Made by a program: the position numbers and the translations under genes. A DNA stretch of 64,000 nucleotides from Spirochaetae bacterium HGW-Spirochaetae-1. Its GTDB lineage: Bacteria; Spirochaetota; UBA4802; UBA5550. The stretch is from positions 277,817 to 341,816 of the forward strand of contig PGXY01000004.1 in assembly GCA_002839375.1 (NCBI GenBank). Reading direction: 5' to 3'. Below the pieces are notes generated by a model, which was given only the letters and a program-made list of their open reading frames with translations, ran no database searches and was not told the origin of the DNA. Below are positions 58,727-64,000 of the stretch, piece by piece. Position 1 is the stretch's first letter; the number at the start of each line of letters is the position of its first letter.

Positions 58727-59701
58727 ATGGACAACAAGGAGAAAAATACCAGGTTGGAGAATATGCTTAATCCTGAATACCGGGCCCGAATCAACCGCGT
58801 CATGGATTATATTGAGAGCAACCTTGACCGGGAATTTACGCTCGATGAGCTTGCCAGCGTGGCCTTTTTCTCAAAATATCATTTTCACCGCCTGTTCTCT
58901 TCGATCATGAATGAGACGCTTTTTGATTTTATTCAGCGGACCAGAATCGAGAAAGCGGCTTACATTCTTCTGGTTGAACGCGGCAGAACCGTAACCTCTA
59001 TAGCCTATAACTGCGGCTTCTCCAGCCATGCCCTATTCACAAGGACATTCAGGAAGTATTTCGGTATGAGTCCAAGCCTCTGGCGCCGTGAGAAAAGCAA
59101 GCAGGGTCAAGAGAAAAGCAAGAACAGTCAACGGGGGAGCAACGAGGGGAAAGCGCCGGAATCATCAAAGGTATATGTTGAGTACAGAGAAAATAGAAAT
59201 CGCTGGAGGTTTTCAATGGATACTCAACAACAAACCGTGGAAGTAAAGGACTTCCCCGAAATGACAATGGCCTATGTGCGCCACATAGGGCCCTATAAGG
59301 GCAATGCTGCACTTTTCGAAACCCTGTACGGGAAATTATGCGGCTGGGCAGGGCCGAGGAATCTTATCGGCCGGAATACGAAGTTTATCAACATCTATCA
59401 TGATAATCCGGAAATTACCGATGAGGAAAAGCTGCGAGTCAGCGTCTGTCTTGAGATTGACCGGTCTGTGGAGGTCAGCGGTGAAATTGGAAAAATGACT
59501 GTGACGGGCGGCAGGTATGCCGTGTCACGATTTGTCGTATCCGAAGACGGGTTTCAGGAGGCATGGCAATGGGTTTACGGCACCTGGCTGCCCCAGAGCG
59601 GCTATCAGCCCGACGACAGGCCCTGCTTTGAACTTTTCCCGGAAGAACCGAAAGATGGGAAATTTACTGTGGATATATGCGTGCCGGTGAAACCACTGTA
59701 A
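58727..59701 (+). CDS. AraC-family transcriptional regulator with C-terminal GyrI-like effector-binding domain
   Basis: The AraC HTH reads HFHRLFSSIMNETLFDFIQRTRIEKAAYIL...SHALFTRTFRKYFGMSP, followed by a GyrI-like domain. Confidence 0.8.
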   Translation: MDNKEKNTRLENMLNPEYRARINRVMDYIESNLDREFTLDELASVAFFSKYHFHRLFSSIMNETLFDFIQRTRIEKAAYILLVERGRTVTSIAYNCGFSSHALFTRTFRKYFGMSPSLWRREKSKQGQEKSKNSQRGSNEGKAPESSKVYVEYRENRNRWRFSMDTQQQTVEVKDFPEMTMAYVRHIGPYKGNAALFETLYGKLCGWAGPRNLIGRNTKFINIYHDNPEITDEEKLRVSVCLEIDRSVEVSGEIGKMTVTGGRYAVSRFVVSEDGFQEAWQWVYGTWLPQSGYQPDDRPCFELFPEEPKDGKFTVDICVPVKPL

Positions 59702-59714
59702 TATCCTTCCTGCT

Positions 59715-59756
59715 CTCTGCCTCCTGGAGATAAAGGAGGCAGAGATATTATTTTTC
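59715..59756. terminator. Bidirectional rho-independent terminator (10-bp stem CTCTGCCTCC/GGAGGCAGAG, then ATATTATTTTT)
   Basis: Read from the sequence; it sits between the convergent AraC and GDYXXLXY genes. Confidence 0.7.
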
Positions 59757-60272
59757 AGAGAGCGCTTCGCGCCAGGGCTTCCCATCGATCAGGAGCTCCT
59801 TGATAGAAGCATTGCCTTTATTGTCAATGCTCACCACCAGGGAGCCCTTACCCTGTCTCACAGCCCGGTCAAGTAAGACGCTTTCATTTTCCGGGATATA
59901 AAAGCGCTCGATACCCGCCATGAAAGATCCGCGACGGCATGTCCCTTTCAGGACTGCACTGCAACGATCACGCCAGTCTTCGTCAAGATATTCCATAGGG
60001 TAGCTGCCTATGACGGCACCATTTTTATCAAGGGAAAGACAGAGGAACAGGTTTCCTCTGTCCCTGTCATGACCGCTGCAGACATCGGTGTTAAGAGCCA
60101 GGCGGTATGTCAGGTAATGGCCCGAGAGCAGGTCCCGGGGATCGAAACCCGTAATGGGAATAATCACTTTTCTGCCCGAATAGATTTTAACCGCCTTGTA
60201 GAGTGTAAGCAGCGCCAGCATTACAATGGGGATGAGAAGGGCCGCGGCCAGCTTTTTATTCAATCCTGTCAT
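59748..60272 (-). CDS. GDYXXLXY-domain protein
   Basis: It has the motif GFDPRDLLSGHYLTYRL, an N-terminal TM helix, and overlaps the upstream membrane-protein gene. Confidence 0.7.
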   Translation of the reverse strand: MTGLNKKLAAALLIPIVMLALLTLYKAVKIYSGRKVIIPITGFDPRDLLSGHYLTYRLALNTDVCSGHDRDRGNLFLCLSLDKNGAVIGSYPMEYLDEDWRDRCSAVLKGTCRRGSFMAGIERFYIPENESVLLDRAVRQGKGSLVVSIDNKGNASIKELLIDGKPWREALSEK

Positions 60273-61452
60273 GGCTTTCGGCTCCTGTTATTTTTCTGAA
60301 AAACAGCTCCAGCCTGTCGCGCTGCCTGAACCAGAGAAGAGAAACGCCGATGATGATCATTCCCGAAAATATCAGGCCGAAGCCCGTGGAAGCCAGATCT
60401 TCGAAGACCTGGAAGTAGACTACGAGAAACCGGATGCCGGCGAGAAAGGTCATGGCGTTGAAAAGTCTCCTGTTGTCCCTGATGATGAAGAGGGCGCCGG
60501 CGAAAAGAAGCATCATTATTGAATAGAGCGCGCCGTAGAATTCATTACCGGTGCGTGATATATCGACGTCCCCGGAAAGAATCAGGGGGAGATAGGGAAG
60601 TATGGTGATGATAATCATCATGAGAACAGTTGCTTTTTCTTTCAGTGATTTTTTAGTTTCGGAGAAGAGCGCAGCTATGAAAAAAAGAATGAGCAGACCC
60701 GCGGGAGCCAGGACTTTTACGGAAAAATCCACCTCCTCCTGTGAAAGGTAGATGTCGGTGAAGAAGACCAGGCCCAGGAAACCGGCTAATCCCCACCGGG
60801 CAAAGGCCCCGGCGTGTAACCTGAGTAGGGCAATCCTTTCCATGACACTGCTGAAAAAAAGGCACAGGAAGGGGAGCATGAGGCCGAGGGCGATAATGGC
60901 TTCATCGTCGTCGCCGATTCTTTGCCACCACGAAGCTTCCGATGCGGACCAGGATGCGAGCGCCCCGAGAAAGCCAGCCGTCCACAGGTAGGGGAGGAAT
61001 CCCTTTTTACTGAAAAGGCTAAGGGGGAAGATAATGGCTGTCCAGAAGAACAGGGCCATGTAGAGTTCACCGCCGGTATGCAGTACCTGGGAGATCAGGC
61101 CAATGGAGGCCAGAACGAGCAGGGCGAAGAAGGATAGTGCTGCGTCATAGAGAATATCCTTTTCCCTGCGGTCAAGCCGGAGCACCGTGAAGGCAACGCC
61201 CAGAAGTATCATGAAGTCGATGAATATCTTTACTGAGCCGGGAATTTCGTCCCAGTTTGCCGCTATGAGGGAGATTATCCCGATACCCACAACGCTGATT
61301 CCCAGGATGAGGAAGCCGTAGAGGGCCCACCGGGTTCTTGCGCCGCCGGAACGGCTTTCTTCAAAACTGATGATGGATTTTCGCTGCGCGTCGGTAATAA
61401 TACCCTCGGCGGTCCAGTTTTCCAGGCTTTTTAAGATACTTTTTTTCATCAT
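60256..61452 (-). CDS. Polytopic membrane protein, DUF2157/DUF4401-like partner of the GDYXXLXY protein
   Basis: It has about 10 TM helices. I reassigned the start to ATG 61452 (MMKKSILKSLENW...) because the ORF-track start at 61680 would overlap the next upstream gene. Confidence 0.6.
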   Translation of the reverse strand: MMKKSILKSLENWTAEGIITDAQRKSIISFEESRSGGARTRWALYGFLILGISVVGIGIISLIAANWDEIPGSVKIFIDFMILLGVAFTVLRLDRREKDILYDAALSFFALLVLASIGLISQVLHTGGELYMALFFWTAIIFPLSLFSKKGFLPYLWTAGFLGALASWSASEASWWQRIGDDDEAIIALGLMLPFLCLFFSSVMERIALLRLHAGAFARWGLAGFLGLVFFTDIYLSQEEVDFSVKVLAPAGLLILFFIAALFSETKKSLKEKATVLMMIIITILPYLPLILSGDVDISRTGNEFYGALYSIMMLLFAGALFIIRDNRRLFNAMTFLAGIRFLVVYFQVFEDLASTGFGLIFSGMIIIGVSLLWFRQRDRLELFFRKITGAESHDRIE

Positions 61453-61549
61453 GTCCCTGACAAGTGTTTTGTCCCAGTATAAGTGGTGATTATTCGTTCT
61501 GGCAACTCTTTTATGTTTGATGAGGCAAATATGGATAAGCACTGCTTTT

Positions 61550-61969
61550 TCATGGGAAAACCTGTTTTTGTTTCCGGAGATATATAAATACATAGAGAAA
61601 AAAAACGCCAAAGAGAAAGTCATTAACGCCGTAAATACTGTAGAAGAATCCCGTGAGGGTATCCTGTGCATATATAGCATTCAATTCTCCCCCATGTTGC
61701 CAGAGCCATCTGCCCCAGAAAGCGGTATAAAAGAATTTCTCCAGTGCAAAGACGGCGATAATACCGGGAACGAGCGAATAAGACACGGACACGGCAATAT
61801 AAGCAAGCCCCCAGAGCATGATTACGCCCAGGCCGACGATGGAAAAAGCCCCGGCATCGGTCGTCATCAGTAATTGATTGCTGAACAGTTTGCTGAAGAC
61901 CGGAATCCCCGCTACGTTTACGCAGCCGGCAAGGATAAATCCCGCTGTAATCCATTTCTCCTTATGCAT
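61550..61969 (-). CDS. Hypothetical small membrane protein
   Basis: It has 4 predicted TM helices and an ATGA overlap with the upstream SDR gene. Confidence 0.5.
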   Translation of the reverse strand: MHKEKWITAGFILAGCVNVAGIPVFSKLFSNQLLMTTDAGAFSIVGLGVIMLWGLAYIAVSVSYSLVPGIIAVFALEKFFYTAFWGRWLWQHGGELNAIYAQDTLTGFFYSIYGVNDFLFGVFFLYVFIYLRKQKQVFP

Positions 61970-62819
61970 GTTTTTCCTCCCCGGCTTGTATGGTATGTCC
62001 GCCTGTCCATTCCTTCATGCATTCACCTGCGCCTGCAATGATGAGCAGGCGGTTTAAAATAATGTCTGGCAGGAGGGCCCGCGCCACCTGTCCAAGGTTC
62101 AGGCTCCATGGTTTTTTCACAACGCATCGTTCTTTTTTCACCGCCTTGTTTACCACTGCTCTGGCAATATCATCATGGCACTCCACCCTGGGAAGGAGCA
62201 GTTCCCCGAGGAAATTCATTTTACTTCCTTCAAAGAGTCCTTTTTTCAGGATACCGGGATGGACCGATGAAAACCTGACACCGTTTTTCCCGTCTGCCAT
62301 CGCTTCGAGCCGGAGGGATTCGGTGAATCCATAAACTGCCCATTTTGTCGCACAATATACGGCAAGGTCCGGAAGTCCCACCAGCCCGGCACCCGATGAA
62401 ATATTCACGATTTGGCCGCTGTTTCGCTCATACATGTCCGGCAGGAAAGCGGCAGTGGTATAGTAAATAGAATTGAGATTGATTTTTGTGAGCCTGTCCC
62501 ATGACTCGACGGGATGAGAGGTAAACCTGCCCGCCGTCACCGTACCTGCGTTATTGATAAGAATATCAACATCCCCCATGTCTCTTTTCGTTTCCAGGGC
62601 GGTAACCCTGACCTTTTCGCTGTCGCTGATATCGCAGAGATAGAACCTGAGCTTCGGGGTATATTCCACCAATTCACTTTCTGCTTTCTTTATTGCCTCA
62701 GAATTGTTATCCCACACAGCGACACTGCACCCTTCATCGAGGAGACGCTTAACAGTGGCAAAACCGATTCCCATGGCGCCGCCGGTAACCACAACTTTTT
62801 TATTGTGTATGTTCTTCAT
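61962..62819 (-). CDS. SDR-family oxidoreductase
   Basis: N-terminus KVVVTGGAMGIGFATV. Confidence 0.85.
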   Translation of the reverse strand: MKNIHNKKVVVTGGAMGIGFATVKRLLDEGCSVAVWDNNSEAIKKAESELVEYTPKLRFYLCDISDSEKVRVTALETKRDMGDVDILINNAGTVTAGRFTSHPVESWDRLTKINLNSIYYTTAAFLPDMYERNSGQIVNISSGAGLVGLPDLAVYCATKWAVYGFTESLRLEAMADGKNGVRFSSVHPGILKKGLFEGSKMNFLGELLLPRVECHDDIARAVVNKAVKKERCVVKKPWSLNLGQVARALLPDIILNRLLIIAGAGECMKEWTGGHTIQAGEEKHA

Positions 62820-62837
62820 TTATTTTACTCCGGATTT

Positions 62838-63278
62838 TTATTTTTCCACTGGAAGCGTTACATAACGGCCGTTCAGACAGACCGGGATAAGGCCACCCGT
62901 GAGCCCCACCGTGGCGTCGACAGGGCGGATGGCGTGAGGCGTATGTTTCGGTATATACACCGCCGCTGGCGTGGATACCTCGTAGAATTCATCACCCAGC
63001 ATTACTTCAAAGGTAATGGCCTTTTCATCTCCGATCATCAGATACATTTCATCATAATCATGCATGTGCGGAACAGCCCTGTCGCCCTTTATGGCGATAT
63101 TTTTGAGGGACTCTGTTATTTCCTTGATGTAAAGATAAAGGACCCAGGCAGCTGCTTCCGGAACAAGTTCACTGCCCATGAGGACCGGATATGGAATTAC
63201 CTGACTCAAATCATGGTCCGGCAGCTCATTGACATTGATAGGTTTTCTGACGATAAATCTTTCATATTTTCCCGACAT
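62838..63278 (-). CDS. Cupin-like small protein (hypothetical)
   Basis: 146 aa with a His-rich beta-rich core (PHMHDYDEMYLMIGD...PKHTPH). Confidence 0.5.
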   Translation of the reverse strand: MSGKYERFIVRKPINVNELPDHDLSQVIPYPVLMGSELVPEAAAWVLYLYIKEITESLKNIAIKGDRAVPHMHDYDEMYLMIGDEKAITFEVMLGDEFYEVSTPAAVYIPKHTPHAIRPVDATVGLTGGLIPVCLNGRYVTLPVEK

Positions 63279-63306
63279 AGTATCCCCCTTTCTTGTTTAA
63301 TATTAT

Positions 63307-63337
63307 GGTAACCAGTGGTTAGTAACTAACGGTTACC
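63307..63337. promoter_or_regulatory. Palindromic candidate TetR operator (GGTAACC-AGTGGTTAGTAACTAAC-GGTTACC) in divergent promoter region
   Basis: It has a perfect 7-bp outer inverted repeat with an inner near-palindrome TTAGTAACTAA. It sits between the divergent cupin/SDR operon and the TetR gene. Confidence 0.5.
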
Positions 63338-63496
63338 TTTTACACTATTTGATGTAAATGTCAAGATCAAATGCACAATTTATTCTAAAAATTGTCACAT
63401 TAGATTCATTGATATACGCCATGATCGGTGTGCTGATATACGGGGCATGTTGAAATATACTTGACCATTATATACACATGCGGAATAGCTTTGCAC

Positions 63497-64000
63497 ATGG
63501 CAAAAAAAACAGAAAAACCCATGAGAAACCGAAGAGAGGAAATAATCAAATCGGCGAGACAGCTTTTTCTTAAAAAAGGCTACCGCCTGACATCGATAGA
63601 GCAGATAGCGGAAAAAGCCGGCTACAGCAAACGCACCGTGTATCTTGAGTATGTCAGCAAGGATGACCTTTTCCTGGATATTGCAACAGACGGGCTTGAG
63701 ATACTATTGAATCTCTTACAGGAAATAAAGGGGAGCGATATTTCTCTTTATGATTATATAGTGAAATACATTGGTGTTATTACCGATTTCGCTTTTCTCC
63801 AGGGAAATTATTTCAGACTGCTGGCCTCCGATGTTTCAGCTGAAGTTATCGCCAACAGTACCGACAGGGTAAAGCAGCGGGCCGCCGGAATTGAGCGGGC
63901 TGGCGTAAAGCTCCTGTCGGATCAGATAGAAAGGGCCATACGTGAAAAAAAGATAAAAAAAGTCGATTCATGGGAAACATCGGAGATCATCATCGGCTCC
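63497..64000 (+). CDS. TetR/AcrR family transcriptional regulator (partial, continues past window end)
   Basis: The N-terminal HTH reads SIEQIAEKAGYSKRTVYLEY. Confidence 0.75.
   Translation, partial: MAKKTEKPMRNRREEIIKSARQLFLKKGYRLTSIEQIAEKAGYSKRTVYLEYVSKDDLFLDIATDGLEILLNLLQEIKGSDISLYDYIVKYIGVITDFAFLQGNYFRLLASDVSAEVIANSTDRVKQRAAGIERAGVKLLSDQIERAIREKKIKKVDSWETSEIIIGS

Noticed and set aside
1-64000. CRISPR arrays, rRNA and tRNA genes
   Set aside because: I saw no regularly spaced direct repeats of 25-40 bp, no rRNA-like conserved blocks and no convincing tRNA cloverleaf. This was judged by eye only, so short arrays or tRNAs could have been missed.

Overview
This is a 64 kb chromosomal segment with about 52% GC overall. 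Gene content (variant System I cytochrome c maturation genes, Etf-linked beta-oxidation, aldehyde ferredoxin oxidoreductase, ADP-forming acyl-CoA synthetase, many c-di-GMP proteins) suggests an anaerobic, probably Desulfobacterota/Syntrophales-like bacterium. That taxonomic guess is an inference.

Core content, left to right:
- A TPR protein (partial), a macro-domain protein, pyrF, and a REC-GGDEF protein with degenerate GGDEF and EAL domains.
- ispD, then gmd plus a GDP-sugar reductase, followed directly by the ccmABCDEF operon. The CcmE is the CxxxY variant.
- A membrane-bound LuxR-type regulator, lipoproteins, and an MFS transporter.
- A REP-associated tyrosine transposase (RAYT) flanked by REP elements.
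- A minus-strand fatty-acid / 4-hydroxyacid-like catabolic cluster: SDR, dienoyl-CoA reductase-like, 3-hydroxyacyl-CoA dehydrogenase, APH-type kinase, TetR, acyl-CoA dehydrogenase, histidine phosphatase. Facing it is a plus-strand acyl-CoA synthetase (ADP-forming) with etfBA.
- secA, a hybrid histidine kinase, cysK-metY with an Rrf2 regulator, and an AOR-family enzyme.
- Two Spy/CpxP-like genes with an ECF sigma / anti-sigma pair, an AraC regulator, and a DUF2157–GDYXXLXY operon.

Two compact low-GC islands (about 30-33% GC) interrupt this backbone.
- Island 1 (about 5040-7700) carries a two-gene cassette with no recognisable family: a 207-aa single-pass membrane protein and a 455-aa soluble protein. 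This is the best candidate for an undescribed, possibly defence or abortive-infection, system.
- Island 2 (about 48540-50440) carries an unknown membrane-anchored protein and a PIN-toxin/antitoxin pair.

No rRNA, tRNA or CRISPR array was seen.
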